IMG/VR virus record: IMGVR_UViG_3300032087_005129
Length of the DNA stretch: 64,000 nucleotides
Origin: a virus
Direction: 5' to 3' (one strand)
The position numbers and the translations under genes are program-made. This document shows, piece by piece, positions 45,252 through 56,435 of the stretch; the first letter of the stretch is position 1; the number at the start of each line of letters is the position of its first letter. A model generated the notes under the pieces. The model was not told where the DNA came from. It searched no databases and saw nothing but the letters and a program-made list of their open reading frames with translations.

Positions 45252-45678
45252 GTATGTGATCTTCTGTTAGAATTAGAAACTCCCAGCCTTTTTTGGTACA
45301 CACCTTTTTTGCTGCTTCCCACTTAGCATTATTTATGCCCCATGTTCTCACTTCAGAAACGTAACGCTTCGTTATCTTCTTTTGCTTTGAAGGTGGTTTA
45401 GTGTACTTCTTTGGTTTAATCTCAATCAACTTTTCAACTATCTTACCATCTTTGTTTTTTTGTCTTATCCAGAAATCTACAAAATAACGGTGATAACGAT
45501 TGTCAATAGGTGATTTGTAAGGAATTATAACTTCTTCAGAAGACCATTCGAGAATATTTGAGTTGTTATCACACAACTTCATAAATTTTCTCTCCCATAA
45601 AGAGCGATATACGATATTACTCGGATCACCCTTGTATTTCTTTGGGTTGGTCGGTTTGAATATACCTCTGTAGGCCAT
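45244..45678 (-). CDS. gp4: head completion protein (gp4-like)
   Basis: MAYRG.FKP.NP.KY.GD..NIVYRSLWER.FM...W.SEE..IPY..RYFVDF...EIKP..N.AKW.AA. Confidence 0.93.
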   Translation of the reverse strand: MAYRGIFKPTNPKKYKGDPSNIVYRSLWERKFMKLCDNNSNILEWSSEEVIIPYKSPIDNRYHRYFVDFWIRQKNKDGKIVEKLIEIKPKKYTKPPSKQKKITKRYVSEVRTWGINNAKWEAAKKVCTKKGWEFLILTEDHIHG

Positions 45679-45679
45679 G

Positions 45680-45687
45680 TATAAATA
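45680..45687 (+). promoter_or_regulatory. T4-type late promoter
   Basis: TATAAATA upstream of gp48. Confidence 0.7.
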
Positions 45688-45710
45688 TGTATACCCGAGG
45701 AACAAAAAAA

Positions 45711-46829
45711 ATGAGCGAAGAAAGAGACAGAGCATTACTAGAACAATTTAATGCAGATTCTCCAGTCAATGTATTAGAATATCCACTAAGAGGTCTTGGC
45801 GCGAAAGACAACGGCTTAGGTCATCACATTATGTTTGATATTCTTGAGATCGACGGGTTGTGCTTTGAGACTATTAGCCAATCATTCACCTCTGCCGAGC
45901 AATCGTCTGTAACAGAAAACGAAAATAGTCAAGTTCTAGATGGCCTTTCAGTAGAAGATGCACAGCAAACCGCAAACGAAACGGGTCTCGCTGGTATCGC
46001 AAATAGCATTACACAAGGAGGATCACTAAGAAATCTATCCTCGTGGCTCTCTAATTTTGGTCAAAATTTTAGTGGGCTTGCAGCAGAATCTTCAAGACTT
46101 AAGCAAGAAGGTAGAAATCTTAAAGGTAGCATTGCACTATATGTTCCTGAGGCAGTGAATGTCGCCTATGGATTAGACTGGCAAATGAGTGATGATATGG
46201 TCGGTGTCGCTCTCATTGAAGACGTATTCAAACTTATACAATCATCTGGTTCAGGAACAGAAAAGATTGCAAAGTCGATTGGTGAGCAAATAGCAATTCA
46301 AGCAGCACCAAATGTTATTGATTCGGTGGGTAGTCTCGTTGGTGTTAACTTCGGTGGACAAGCAGCAGTTGAGTCTCTTACACGAAAGGTTCGAAACCCA
46401 CATATTGCATTCTTGTTCAAAGGTGTCAATCAAAGAACATTCTCTTTTGAGTTTAATTTTACACCACAAAATTTTGAAGAAGCAAAAGTCACATACAACA
46501 TTATTAAAATGTTCAAGAAACACTCCATGCCTGAACTTGATGATAGTAAAAGGTTTTTAAGATATCCATCGTTGTTTGAGATCTCTTACTTTTCATCGGC
46601 AGGAGTGGAGAATACTTTTGTTAATAAACTAAAACCATCTGTGATAACAGGTATTAACGTCGATTACTCTGGTGGAGGAGTATATTCAACCTTTGATGAG
46701 CAACCGAGTGGCTTTGTAGACATGGATGGCAAAACGGTTAACGGTGCACCACCAACAAATGTAAAACTAACACTCACATTCTCAGAAACCAGCCTTCTCA
46801 CCAGAGGCGATATTGACGAGGGGTATTAA
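45711..46829 (+). CDS. gp48: baseplate tail-tube cap (gp48-like)
   Basis: I.LY.P, NP....F.G...R.FSF.F.F.P....EA....II..FK...P...YP..F.I, L.F.E..L....I..GY. Confidence 0.85.
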   Translation: MSEERDRALLEQFNADSPVNVLEYPLRGLGAKDNGLGHHIMFDILEIDGLCFETISQSFTSAEQSSVTENENSQVLDGLSVEDAQQTANETGLAGIANSITQGGSLRNLSSWLSNFGQNFSGLAAESSRLKQEGRNLKGSIALYVPEAVNVAYGLDWQMSDDMVGVALIEDVFKLIQSSGSGTEKIAKSIGEQIAIQAAPNVIDSVGSLVGVNFGGQAAVESLTRKVRNPHIAFLFKGVNQRTFSFEFNFTPQNFEEAKVTYNIIKMFKKHSMPELDDSKRFLRYPSLFEISYFSSAGVENTFVNKLKPSVITGINVDYSGGGVYSTFDEQPSGFVDMDGKTVNGAPPTNVKLTLTFSETSLLTRGDIDEGY

Positions 46830-47635
46830 TGTCATACTTTCGTAAAAACTTTCCAAAGACTGCGTATGATATGTTTGGCGACAAGAAGTATCGTCGTGCT
46901 GTTGATATTGTAAAAAGTTTTACTTTATCAGATCAAGTCAAGCAAGAGTCATCAGTCTTTTTTAATTATATCGTTAAAGATAGTGATCGACCAGATACCA
47001 TTGCCACAAAAATTTATGGTCGACCAGATCTTCACTGGCTAGTTCTTTTTGCAAATGACATTCAAAACATTTATGAAGAATGGCCTAAAGATCAGGTTGA
47101 ACTAGAAAACTTTGTTTCGAAGAGATATCCTGGTAAGTCTTTATTCATAACACCAGTCAATACAAACATTGCAAAGAAAACGTATGCCATTGGTAGTCAT
47201 GTAACTGGACCATACTCTTCTAGTTTGGGTGTTACTGCGCAAGCAACTGTGATTGGTTGGGATATAAATTTTGATGAGTTAATTGTTGATTCTATCACAG
47301 GCTCTTTTTCTGCGAGTGATACGATTGAAATAATCTCTACAGATAACGCTGTTAGACAAGAGACAGTTAATAAAGTCGTTGACACTACCGATGCGGTTCA
47401 TCACTTTGTAGACTCCTCAGGAAACTATCAAGATCCTTATGGCGCAACATCTGTTGCTGGCACGAGTTTAGATTTGGTTGAGGGTTACAAACAAGGCACG
47501 TTGCAATCTTTTTACAATATTCGAACAAACAGAGAATATGAAGAAGAGGAAAATGAAACGAAAAGAGGAATCAAACTGGTAAAAAGTTCATTCGTTGAGC
47601 CAATTTTGAAAGATTTGGATAGTCTGTTTACATGA
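46829..47635 (+). CDS. gp53: baseplate wedge protein (gp53-like)
   Basis: YF..FP...Y...RPD.IA.KIYG...HW.VL..N.I...EWP...N.EYE...NE.KR.IK. Confidence 0.88.
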   Translation: MSYFRKNFPKTAYDMFGDKKYRRAVDIVKSFTLSDQVKQESSVFFNYIVKDSDRPDTIATKIYGRPDLHWLVLFANDIQNIYEEWPKDQVELENFVSKRYPGKSLFITPVNTNIAKKTYAIGSHVTGPYSSSLGVTAQATVIGWDINFDELIVDSITGSFSASDTIEIISTDNAVRQETVNKVVDTTDAVHHFVDSSGNYQDPYGATSVAGTSLDLVEGYKQGTLQSFYNIRTNREYEEEENETKRGIKLVKSSFVEPILKDLDSLFT

Positions 47636-49404
47636 CCACAAAAACAAAAAACGCATTATCAAGACCAGGAGAAATCGAAATTGGATCTGTTCGTCTGATT
47701 TGCGATAATGGTTTTTCTATTGACATAAAAGAAATAATGGTTGAACTAACGCTCAACGAGGATCTTTATTCTCCATTCATATATGGTGAAGTTTCTGTTG
47801 TTGATACCTTATCTTTGGTTAAGAACGCTCCTATTATTGGTGGTGAAGAAACACTTCTTATAGAATACAATTTACCTTGCACAGAGGTAGTAAAGAATGT
47901 CTATCGTGTTTACAAAATAAAAGATAGACAAAGAACAGACCGTGATAGCACAGAGGTTTATACTTTGTGTTTTGCCTCACCTGAACTAGAAAAGAATAAT
48001 AGCATCGAGATAACAGGAACTTTTGGTGGCAAATATTCTGAAATTGCAAAACAACTATACTCTGAATATCTTGCCATACCAGATGTCACACCACCAATAA
48101 ACATTTCAGAGAGTGCTAATTTTATAAATTTTACTGCAAATAGATGGACGCCAATCGAAACATTCAATTACATGGCAAACAGAGCCATATCAAATAGCAA
48201 TCATAATGAAATGGGCTTTTTGTTTTTTAGAAGAATGGACTCTTACAACTTTATCAACATATTCGATCAGTTTGATCAAGAGCCAATTGTAATCTATAGA
48301 AGAATAAATCGATCACTTGCTTTACCAGAAAACAAGTACGATTTGTTGATTGAACAATTTAATATTGAAGACTATACAATTATTAACACGCAAGATTCTA
48401 TTCAAAATCGCTTAGATGGTGGTTATGATTCCATTACAACATCATACGACATTACATCAAAGCAGGTGCAAGAGAGTCATCACTCATACACTGATGACTT
48501 TTCTCGAACAAGAAGTATTGAGCCACACCCATTGATTTCTGATTTTCGTCAAGATGTTAATACGACAGAGGAGCCAAGAAGATCGAGACAAATTCGAACC
48601 TTAGATCAACGAGCATCTTATTCGTTTGACAACATCGAAGATAATCTATACGGAACAATATCAGAAAAAACAAACAATGAACCAGACTATCGTGAAACTG
48701 GCTCTTCACCTGAAAAATCTATCAGTCAATTACCAACAAATTCAGTTCCTATGTCTGGTGATATTGATTCTCCATTCACCTCACCATCTTCGGAGTTTGG
48801 AGGAAACATCAACGATGAAATCAGAGGTCTTGTCGATATCAGTGGACCATCTGTTTCTGTTGAGTCTATGCACGCTTTCCAGACAGAAGGAGAGGTACGA
48901 CCAGATCTTGAAAGGTATGCGGAATATTACGGCGGTTTTTACATCGAACGAGAAGAAGTGCCCAGCATTGAAGCCGTCGGTGGGGTCGCTTTTATCTATA
49001 GCATTCAACCTCCTTTGGGACTAGCAAAAGATTTACCAGAAGAAAAAGAAACTTCTGTCGGTGACGATCAACCAAAGCAGCCAAAAAATAACTTGACTCA
49101 GGCACCAAGGTTTGTGTTGCCTTTGATGAGAAGATCGCAACTCAAATCACTTCAAGGTCAAGTTATTGAAATAACTGTTCCTGGTGATTCAAGAAGAAGA
49201 GTCGGAGAAATTATTGAGGTGGATATACCATCATATGAATCTAGATTCACAGAGGATGGCACAGATCATAGCGTATCGGGTAAGTATATGATATCGCACA
49301 TAAAACATGTAATAAAGAAAGATGATTATAAATTGGTAATGGAACTCTCTAGAAACTCTAGAAAACAAAGACTGCCAGAAAATAACGAAATTATCGAGGA
49401 GTAA
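47632..49404 (+). CDS. baseplate hub / tail protein with internal insertion
   Basis: EDLYSP.I.G...D, Y.L.F.SPE, W.P....Y.A, FLFF, C-terminal VPGDS.RRVG.II...SGKY.I..I.H. Confidence 0.65.
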   Translation: MTTKTKNALSRPGEIEIGSVRLICDNGFSIDIKEIMVELTLNEDLYSPFIYGEVSVVDTLSLVKNAPIIGGEETLLIEYNLPCTEVVKNVYRVYKIKDRQRTDRDSTEVYTLCFASPELEKNNSIEITGTFGGKYSEIAKQLYSEYLAIPDVTPPINISESANFINFTANRWTPIETFNYMANRAISNSNHNEMGFLFFRRMDSYNFINIFDQFDQEPIVIYRRINRSLALPENKYDLLIEQFNIEDYTIINTQDSIQNRLDGGYDSITTSYDITSKQVQESHHSYTDDFSRTRSIEPHPLISDFRQDVNTTEEPRRSRQIRTLDQRASYSFDNIEDNLYGTISEKTNNEPDYRETGSSPEKSISQLPTNSVPMSGDIDSPFTSPSSEFGGNINDEIRGLVDISGPSVSVESMHAFQTEGEVRPDLERYAEYYGGFYIEREEVPSIEAVGGVAFIYSIQPPLGLAKDLPEEKETSVGDDQPKQPKNNLTQAPRFVLPLMRRSQLKSLQGQVIEITVPGDSRRRVGEIIEVDIPSYESRFTEDGTDHSVSGKYMISHIKHVIKKDDYKLVMELSRNSRKQRLPENNEIIEE

Positions 49405-49514
49405 GTTTAGATGAAAAAAAAGTCTATCGCATTAGGCAAAAGAAAAAGACTGAACGAACGTAGACCAAGATCTAAACTTAAAAGCATATACAATAAAGTG
49501 AGAAAACATTTAAA

Positions 49515-50516
49515 ATGAAAATAGATCCATCAACACAAAACTTTATATGGTTTCAGGGAGTAGTCGAAGACGTTTCTGATCCTCTTCGTTTAGGTCGCTG
49601 TCGTGTTCGTATTATTGGTTATCACGAACCTGATAAGATCATACTACCCACAGATCAACTGCCTTGGTCACACCCAATACAACCAATCACAAGTGCTGCT
49701 GTTAGTGGTGTCGGAACAACACCAACTGGCTTAGTACCTGGCTCACATGTTGTAGGTTTCTTTCGTGACTCAGAGACACAGCAACACCCTGTCATCTTTG
49801 GCAGCATCGGTGGCATACCAACAACAAAAGAACCAGAGAAAGGATTCAATGATCCATCAGGAACGTATCCTCTTGACACGCATCTTAATGAGCCAGACAC
49901 AAATAGACTTGCTCGAAATGAAAGTCTTGAAAATTCAATTGTACAACAAAAAATTGATACAGTTGAACAGGGTGTGCCTACTGCTTTAGGTCAAGAGTGG
50001 AATGAACCAGCGACACCTTACTCTGCTGAGTATCCGAAGAATCATGTAAAGCAAACTGAGTCTGGGCATATTCAAGAGTTTGACGATACACCAGAAGCAG
50101 AAAGAATTCACACATATCACAAGTCTGGTACGTTTGACGAAGTTCATCCTGATGGCACAAAAGTTGAAAGAATCATTGGCAACAACTACTCAATACAAAA
50201 GAAAGACTCAAATGTTTTTGTTCGAGGCGAAGCAAATCTTACTACAGAAGGAAATACAAGGCTTTTGGTAAACAAAAGCCTTGCTCTTGAAGTAAATGAT
50301 GGCAACATAGAAATAAAAGTCACAAAGGGTGACATAAATATTAGCGTTGAAAATGGAAACGTAAAGCAAAGAGTCAATGGCGACGTTAAACAACATATTG
50401 CTGGTAATGCCGAAGAAATTGTTGGCGGTAATAAGATTACGCGGGTTAGTGGCAATTACATTATCGATGCAAGCGGCTCATTAATTCTAAGGGGAAGTCC
50501 TATACTTCTAAACTAA
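49515..50516 (+). CDS. gp5: baseplate hub spike (gp5-like: OB fold plus beta-helix, no lysozyme domain)
   Basis: WF.GVVED..DP..LGRCRVR..G.H, LPW, V.GFF.D, YP.NHV..TESGHI.EFDDTP..ERIH, VxG repeats. Confidence 0.92.
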   Translation: MKIDPSTQNFIWFQGVVEDVSDPLRLGRCRVRIIGYHEPDKIILPTDQLPWSHPIQPITSAAVSGVGTTPTGLVPGSHVVGFFRDSETQQHPVIFGSIGGIPTTKEPEKGFNDPSGTYPLDTHLNEPDTNRLARNESLENSIVQQKIDTVEQGVPTALGQEWNEPATPYSAEYPKNHVKQTESGHIQEFDDTPEAERIHTYHKSGTFDEVHPDGTKVERIIGNNYSIQKKDSNVFVRGEANLTTEGNTRLLVNKSLALEVNDGNIEIKVTKGDINISVENGNVKQRVNGDVKQHIAGNAEEIVGGNKITRVSGNYIIDASGSLILRGSPILLN

Positions 50517-50517
50517 C

Positions 50518-50781
50518 ATGGCAAGTGCAGTAAGAGATGGTGACAGTGCGGGTGGTTCGATTCGGGGTTCAGCCTCGAATGTTTTTATTGGTGGTCGACC
50601 AGCGGCTCTAGATGGCGACTCTGTTATGCCCCACGGAAAAAAAAGACACAAGGCTGGGCCTAGAATGAGGGCAAGAACTTCAAATGTTCTTGTGAACAAC
50701 AAGCCTATTTGTAAAGCGGGCGATACTGCCACTTGTGGACATAAAGCAAAAGCATCACAATCGAATGTGAGAGTTAACTAA
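50518..50781 (+). CDS. PAAR spike-tip protein (gp5.4-like)
   Basis: SNVFIGGRPAALDGD...H...NV.VN..P....GD.A.CGH. Confidence 0.9.
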   Translation: MASAVRDGDSAGGSIRGSASNVFIGGRPAALDGDSVMPHGKKRHKAGPRMRARTSNVLVNNKPICKAGDTATCGHKAKASQSNVRVN

Positions 50782-51623
50782 TGAGTCAACCATTTCCCGA
50801 TACTCTTGATGTTTTTGCAGACGGCTTTACGAAAAGTCAAGTTGACATCATAGATGCAGTCTCGCAGGGAAGAGGCATACAAGATCCTACAGCAACAGCA
50901 AGAGTAGACTGTGTATCTTCTTTGAGTAGAGTGAGAAGTCAAATAAATGGTGTTCTGAGTCAATTTACTGTTGGGTCTGGTATCGGTGAAATTTCAACAT
51001 CAACAGTTATCTTAAACGACATATCTTACAACGGGCTGTCTGCCATATCACACAACATATCAGCCTTGATTTCAAACATCGACACCTACAGAGAACACAG
51101 CGAAAGAATATCTGGACTAACTGGTGTTCCAGATGGCTCAACACTGCCAGATTTTTCATCTTTGGTGGGATTAGCAACATCATATAATTTGACTAAAGCA
51201 TCTATTGATAAGGCAAAAGGTAGACCTGTCGTTGATAATTTTAGTTTAGTATTTAACAGCATAGTTGGTGACGCACAGAATCGTTTTGCTTTGGTAAAAA
51301 ACGAAAGCGATAACGCTTTCAATAACATCAAAGAAAAAGGTCGTTTCTTTTCTAATTCATACAACAGTTTAATTATAGACTCTAGCACAAAATTCAAAGG
51401 TATTTCTGCTGGTGTTGACAGTTTTGCTGCACAAGACATGAACAACTTTAATACCATCGTTGATTTTCTAAATAAGGTATCAAAAGGCACCGTCATTGCC
51501 GGTCTTGCTGGTCAAGAAAATACACACACAAGATTTCTAGTCGATAACTTTGTTGGTGGTCCAGAGTTAAAAGAATTTCTTCGTAAAGCGGATGAAGAAA
51601 GCAATCAAAGGGTTCTGTTTTAA
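50781..51623 (+). CDS. hypothetical structural protein
   Basis: 280 aa in tail operon; TAATG coupling. Confidence 0.55.
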   Translation: MSQPFPDTLDVFADGFTKSQVDIIDAVSQGRGIQDPTATARVDCVSSLSRVRSQINGVLSQFTVGSGIGEISTSTVILNDISYNGLSAISHNISALISNIDTYREHSERISGLTGVPDGSTLPDFSSLVGLATSYNLTKASIDKAKGRPVVDNFSLVFNSIVGDAQNRFALVKNESDNAFNNIKEKGRFFSNSYNSLIIDSSTKFKGISAGVDSFAAQDMNNFNTIVDFLNKVSKGTVIAGLAGQENTHTRFLVDNFVGGPELKEFLRKADEESNQRVLF

Positions 51624-53770
51624 TGAAAGTTCGTGTCACATCATCATCTTCAAGCAACTCTGTTAAAGTTTCTGGACAAGATACTGTAAATGTTGTAGGT
51701 TCAAGAGAGGGCCCTCAAGGTGCTTCTGGTGCAGTAGGCACAACAGGCACAACAGGCACAACAGGAGCAACTGGTACTACAGGCACTACTGGTACAACTG
51801 GGGCAACTGGCACTACAGGTGTTACTGGTACAACTGGGGCAACTGGCACAACAGGTGTTACTGGTACAACTGGAACTACAGGTGCAACAGGTAACACAGG
51901 GCCGCAAGGCACAACTGGCACAACGGGTACGACTGGAACCACAGGTAACACAGGGCCACAGGGTGTCACAGGTACAACTGGTACTACAGGCACAACTGGA
52001 ACCACAGGTACAACCGGTACTACAGGCAACACAGGTCCACAGGGTGTCACAGGTACAACTGGTACTACAGGCACAACTGGAACCACAGGTACTACTGGCA
52101 CTACAGGCACAACAGGTAACACTGGACCACAAGGTGTTACTGGTACGACAGGTACAACTGGCACTACAGGTAACACTGGACCACAAGGTGTTACTGGCAC
52201 TACAGGTACCACAGGCACAACTGGTACCACAGGCACAACTGGTACCACAGGCACAACTGGTACGACAGGTACGACAGGTGCGACAGGTGCGACAGGTTTC
52301 TTAGGATTAAGTGCTGGTCTTAGAATAGATGGTGTTACACTTTCAATCGATGAGACAACACCTAACGTAGCATTCAATAGCATAGTCACAGGAGAAGGTG
52401 CTACATTTGGTGGTCGTGTAATCATTACAGGTAGTGGGTTCACACACGGTGACTCTTTTACATTGCCAGGAACAGGAAACTTTGAGGTTCACGGAACAGC
52501 GGGTCCTCAGTTTATTGTTTCAAGTGATGATTTTACAACACTTCTTGCCAGAGGCGAAGAGTCGGCATCGACCGTTTTGTTTACACCGACACGAGCCCAA
52601 AATGGCAGTATGTTGGTGCTACAAAATGGCAGACTTGTATTTACTAACAACACATCTGCTGGGCAACTTGCAGCAGATGGATCAAGTTTAGATCCTCTAC
52701 AGCGTGTTAACAACCCAAGAGGTTTTGATACTGACGGTGTGTTTAAATCAAACAATGCCACGGGTGGTATTCAGTTTGCTGATGGATCAGGTTTATCATC
52801 TGCAAATAACATCACAGGTGGTTTAACTGCGTTTGGTCAAGTAAACTTTCCACAGACTCTTATTGTGACTGGTGAATCTACGTTCAACGGCAATGTTAAT
52901 GTAACAGGACCTCTTACTGCTGGTGGTGGTCTTTTTGTTACAGGTGGTGCAAAGATATTCAAAGATATAGAACTTACTGGTGTATTAGATCTTAAATCGA
53001 GCCCAGGAATTATAAAGCAAGGAGGTAATGATCCCGGTATTAAAATTTCTGGTAGTCTTGGAGCAGACATCACTTTAGGAGACACTGAAGAAGGTGGAAA
53101 CGCAACACTACTAACCGTTGATGAAACAAACGGCTTCATAAAACTTGCAGCGGGGGCCGTTACGATTTCATCACAAATGCAACGAGAAGGTGATAGTGAC
53201 ACAAAAGTGCAATTTAACAATGACAATCTTGTTTTATTCGCTGGTGGCAGAGAGGGTATCGATCTTACCTCAACAGAGACACAATTTAACAACGGCATTA
53301 CAGTCACGGGCGATGCTCAGTTTAATGGTGGTGTTAGCGTCACTGGTAGCGGATTAACACTAGGTGCTTTAACAGAACTTGTTTTTGGTGATGGTACAAC
53401 ACAAGACACAGCACATCGAGGCGAGAACACAGCAACATTTAGTATTCGTGCTTCAAGTGCGATTTCTACAGGTAGTAAAACAGATACCTTGTTCAGAGTT
53501 CCTTACAACGCCACATTCAAACAATTACAAATTAGATCTGGTGCGACAGGTGGATTTACAGGATCATTTACGATTGCTGGATCAGATTTCGGTGCAGTCA
53601 CAACAAACTCGATTCATGGTGCAACTTTAGGAACATTAGGATTCACCGCGAGTTCTACCTCGTTTGACTTCGCCTCTGCCACATCAGGAGATTTCTTATT
53701 CTTTAATGTAGGTTCAAACGATGCAGGAGCAACAACAGTTCAAGCCTTTGTGACATTTGAAAGGAGATAA
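51623..53770 (+). CDS. collagen-like tail fibre protein
   Basis: About 65 G-X-Y triplets dominated by GTT, then a Gly/Thr-rich beta-structured region with F.DG.TQ motifs. Confidence 0.8.
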   Translation: MKVRVTSSSSSNSVKVSGQDTVNVVGSREGPQGASGAVGTTGTTGTTGATGTTGTTGTTGATGTTGVTGTTGATGTTGVTGTTGTTGATGNTGPQGTTGTTGTTGTTGNTGPQGVTGTTGTTGTTGTTGTTGTTGNTGPQGVTGTTGTTGTTGTTGTTGTTGTTGNTGPQGVTGTTGTTGTTGNTGPQGVTGTTGTTGTTGTTGTTGTTGTTGTTGTTGATGATGFLGLSAGLRIDGVTLSIDETTPNVAFNSIVTGEGATFGGRVIITGSGFTHGDSFTLPGTGNFEVHGTAGPQFIVSSDDFTTLLARGEESASTVLFTPTRAQNGSMLVLQNGRLVFTNNTSAGQLAADGSSLDPLQRVNNPRGFDTDGVFKSNNATGGIQFADGSGLSSANNITGGLTAFGQVNFPQTLIVTGESTFNGNVNVTGPLTAGGGLFVTGGAKIFKDIELTGVLDLKSSPGIIKQGGNDPGIKISGSLGADITLGDTEEGGNATLLTVDETNGFIKLAAGAVTISSQMQREGDSDTKVQFNNDNLVLFAGGREGIDLTSTETQFNNGITVTGDAQFNGGVSVTGSGLTLGALTELVFGDGTTQDTAHRGENTATFSIRASSAISTGSKTDTLFRVPYNATFKQLQIRSGATGGFTGSFTIAGSDFGAVTTNSIHGATLGTLGFTASSTSFDFASATSGDFLFFNVGSNDAGATTVQAFVTFERR
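51710..52299 (+). repeat. 9-bp-period collagen repeat (GGN ACN ACN)
   Basis: Visible tandem degenerate repeat punctuated by GNTGPQGVT. Confidence 0.92.
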
Positions 53771-53773
53771 TGT

Positions 53774-54931
53774 ATGGCATTGACTGATGTATATTTTGCT
53801 GCTGGTGACGTTATTAGATCAGCACAACAAGATGGAACTACACCTGGCACTGCTTTCAATGCACTCAACGCTTCGAGCGACGACTGGGGAAATAATATCA
53901 AAAATGCGGATAGAGCAAATCGTCGCTTTATTTTTCTTGAAGGCACTTACAATGTGCAATCAGAATTAGTCTTCACAACAAGTGATCCGACTATAGCAGA
54001 TCCGAACATATGGGTTGGTGCAAAGAGTGACGGAACACTTCTTGAACCACAGTTTGACGAAACAGGTATGCACCTCGTCACAGACAACTACCCAAAAATC
54101 ATTAACTCTGCAAACACCACTCTCATCGACACTGCTGCGGTTGAAGTTTTTAAGTGTATCCACTTTGAAAATACGAATGCCAGCAGAAATGGTTTTCTCA
54201 TTAATAATGATTTTAATGAATCAAAGAATATCTCATTCATTGGTTGTTATGGTAAGATAACACCCAACGGAACGAGTTCGACTATTTTTCAAGTTTGGGG
54301 TGGGACTGCATTGATGTGTGAAGCAGTGATGAATGGCACCAACTACAAAAACATCATCAATGCAGGAGGAACAAATCAATCTGCTGTCATAAATTGTCGT
54401 GTGTATGGTGGAGGTAAAAGTGGAACCAATGAGGGTCGAGGAATCGAGTTAGGAACACTCAATGATTCTGTTGTTGAAACTTTGATTTACAATGTTCACG
54501 GTCCTGCAATTTATGATGGAACAAGTAATGATCGAAATTCTAACATGATAAATTGCACCGTCATTTCTATTGGTGGTGATGGACATGATACCTCTACTGG
54601 AACAGATGATCAGAGAGGAACTTCTATTCATGGAAATATATTCTTTGATATAGATGGTGATGGTGTGAAAGCAAATGCAAATGATGATGATATTGTTATC
54701 GCATCCTTTAATGCTTTTGGTAGCATTGGTGGATCTAACTTTGTAAATTTAGATTCGTATGAATCTATGGCAACTATCGGAAATCAAACAGTCTCGACCA
54801 GTGACTTTGTTGACTATGCTAACCAAGATTTTAGAATAGCAAAAACGTCACCCTTGTATAAGGGTATCGGTGGGACTCGAAACTTTGGTGCGATTCAAAA
54901 TCAAGACTTTGAATTTGTAGGAGCAGGATAA
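53774..54931 (+). CDS. right-handed beta-helix (pectin-lyase-like) tail-associated protein
   Basis: Repetitive Asn/Gly/Cys beta-helix pattern; D..N.DFR...S.L...GA.Q C-terminus. Confidence 0.6.
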   Translation: MALTDVYFAAGDVIRSAQQDGTTPGTAFNALNASSDDWGNNIKNADRANRRFIFLEGTYNVQSELVFTTSDPTIADPNIWVGAKSDGTLLEPQFDETGMHLVTDNYPKIINSANTTLIDTAAVEVFKCIHFENTNASRNGFLINNDFNESKNISFIGCYGKITPNGTSSTIFQVWGGTALMCEAVMNGTNYKNIINAGGTNQSAVINCRVYGGGKSGTNEGRGIELGTLNDSVVETLIYNVHGPAIYDGTSNDRNSNMINCTVISIGGDGHDTSTGTDDQRGTSIHGNIFFDIDGDGVKANANDDDIVIASFNAFGSIGGSNFVNLDSYESMATIGNQTVSTSDFVDYANQDFRIAKTSPLYKGIGGTRNFGAIQNQDFEFVGAG

Positions 54932-56091
54932 TGTCAGTCACAGATTTATTTTTTTCCCCAACAGGTGCAGGTAACAATTCAGGAGATTCTGTAGCAAATG
55001 CGATGCCGGCAACAGATGGTGCAGGTGACTGGTCTACAGAAATCAAAAGTCAAGATCGTCAAAACAAAAGATGGATCTTCTTAGAGGGAACATACAATGT
55101 AAGTTCCGAACTTGTTTCAACGGGATCAGAGGCAACAGATACGCAACCAAACTTTTGGGTGGGTGCAAAATCAGATGGAACAATACTTGAACCATCCTTT
55201 GATGAAACTGGTATGCATCTTGACACCACACACTACCCGATGATTACCAACAGTGCTGCTACAGCGATTTATGACAGCGACTCTCAGGGTCACTTTTACT
55301 GTATTGGTTTTGTGAATACAAATTCTTCGTTTGGTCGTGACGGTGTTGTAAATAATGTTTTCAGTGAGATTCTTTATGTGTCTTATCTGGGATGCTTCTT
55401 CAAGGCAAAAACAACAATCAACACAAACACATCTGTTCATAAGATGGTGGGTGGCAATCTTATCATGTGTGAAGTTGTAGCAGAACCAGACAGTGATAAT
55501 TTAGGGGCAGTTTTGGATGCAAGTGGGACGCACAATACTCTGATAGCAGATAGTCGAATATATGGACCAGGCAAGACTCAATCTATCAGTGCTTCGACTG
55601 CTCATCACATTATATCTACATCCAATGTCGTCGGAACACACATACTCTATACATTGATGGCAGATGGAGCAGCGGACGGATTTCATTTTGATGCGACATC
55701 TGCATCGAGAAATAGTGTAATCTATAAAAACACTTTTGTAAATCTTGCTGGTGATGCTATGGACTTTCAAGAGTTAGACACTTCCACACAAGGGCATCGT
55801 GTTGACGGTAACATAGCATTCAATGTAGATGGTAATTTTGTGGAGTCTGATGCAGAGGGTAAACTGTTATCGTCAAAAAATTCATACTCTGGTTCGGCAG
55901 CATACTTCAACGGCATCACAGAGTTTAGTGTGTTAAACACCGAGGTTTCGGCAGTGACCGCTGACTTTTTTGATTATGATAATGCAGACTACAGGGTAAA
56001 AAGAACATCAAACGTGTTCAACAGGTTTAAGGGTTCTGGAAACATAGGTGCATTTCAAAACGAAGATTTCGAGTTTGTTTCAGTTTCATAA
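54931..56091 (+). CDS. beta-helix protein, paralog of 53774..54931
   Basis: Shares FLEGTYNV.SELV, WVGAKSDGT.LEP.FDETGMHL and GA.QN.DFEFV with its neighbour. Confidence 0.6.
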   Translation: MSVTDLFFSPTGAGNNSGDSVANAMPATDGAGDWSTEIKSQDRQNKRWIFLEGTYNVSSELVSTGSEATDTQPNFWVGAKSDGTILEPSFDETGMHLDTTHYPMITNSAATAIYDSDSQGHFYCIGFVNTNSSFGRDGVVNNVFSEILYVSYLGCFFKAKTTINTNTSVHKMVGGNLIMCEVVAEPDSDNLGAVLDASGTHNTLIADSRIYGPGKTQSISASTAHHIISTSNVVGTHILYTLMADGAADGFHFDATSASRNSVIYKNTFVNLAGDAMDFQELDTSTQGHRVDGNIAFNVDGNFVESDAEGKLLSSKNSYSGSAAYFNGITEFSVLNTEVSAVTADFFDYDNADYRVKRTSNVFNRFKGSGNIGAFQNEDFEFVSVS

Positions 56092-56101
56092 AGGAAAATA
56101 A

Positions 56102-56392
56102 ATGTCATTCGATAGAGAAAAGATAAACAAAGAGATTGAAGATCTAATTTCTTCAGGTGAAGATGTTTTTGATTTTGACTTTAGTTTTGCTGATGATATA
56201 GAAGTGAAAGAACACACTGGCGCATCAAGTGACGAGAAAAGCAAATTGCAGGCTCTTGAGAAACTTGTTTTGCCACTTCTGTATAACCTGAAGAAGGATA
56301 CATCCAAAGATTACATTCTTTGGGATGGTGCAAAGCGTGCCGCACAATGCGAGGAGCAGATAACTAGAATCTTAGAAATTACCAGAGGGTAA
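56102..56392 (+). CDS. conserved T4-like hypothetical protein
   Basis: FDFDFSF...LPLL.NL.K...KDYI.W...R motif. Confidence 0.65.
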   Translation: MSFDREKINKEIEDLISSGEDVFDFDFSFADDIEVKEHTGASSDEKSKLQALEKLVLPLLYNLKKDTSKDYILWDGAKRAAQCEEQITRILEITRG

Positions 56393-56406
56393 TCCTAAAG
56401 TGTTAG

Positions 56407-56414
56407 TATAAATA
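56407..56414 (+). promoter_or_regulatory. T4-type late promoter for the dockerin-protein genes
   Basis: TATAAATA then AAGGAG SD. Confidence 0.75.
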
Positions 56415-56435
56415 TACTTAAGGAGATTCTTTATT

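Noticed and set aside
51701-52443. Long antisense and alternative-frame ORFs (PVV, CST repeats)
   Set aside because: Shadows of the GTT collagen repeat, which lacks stops in other frames.
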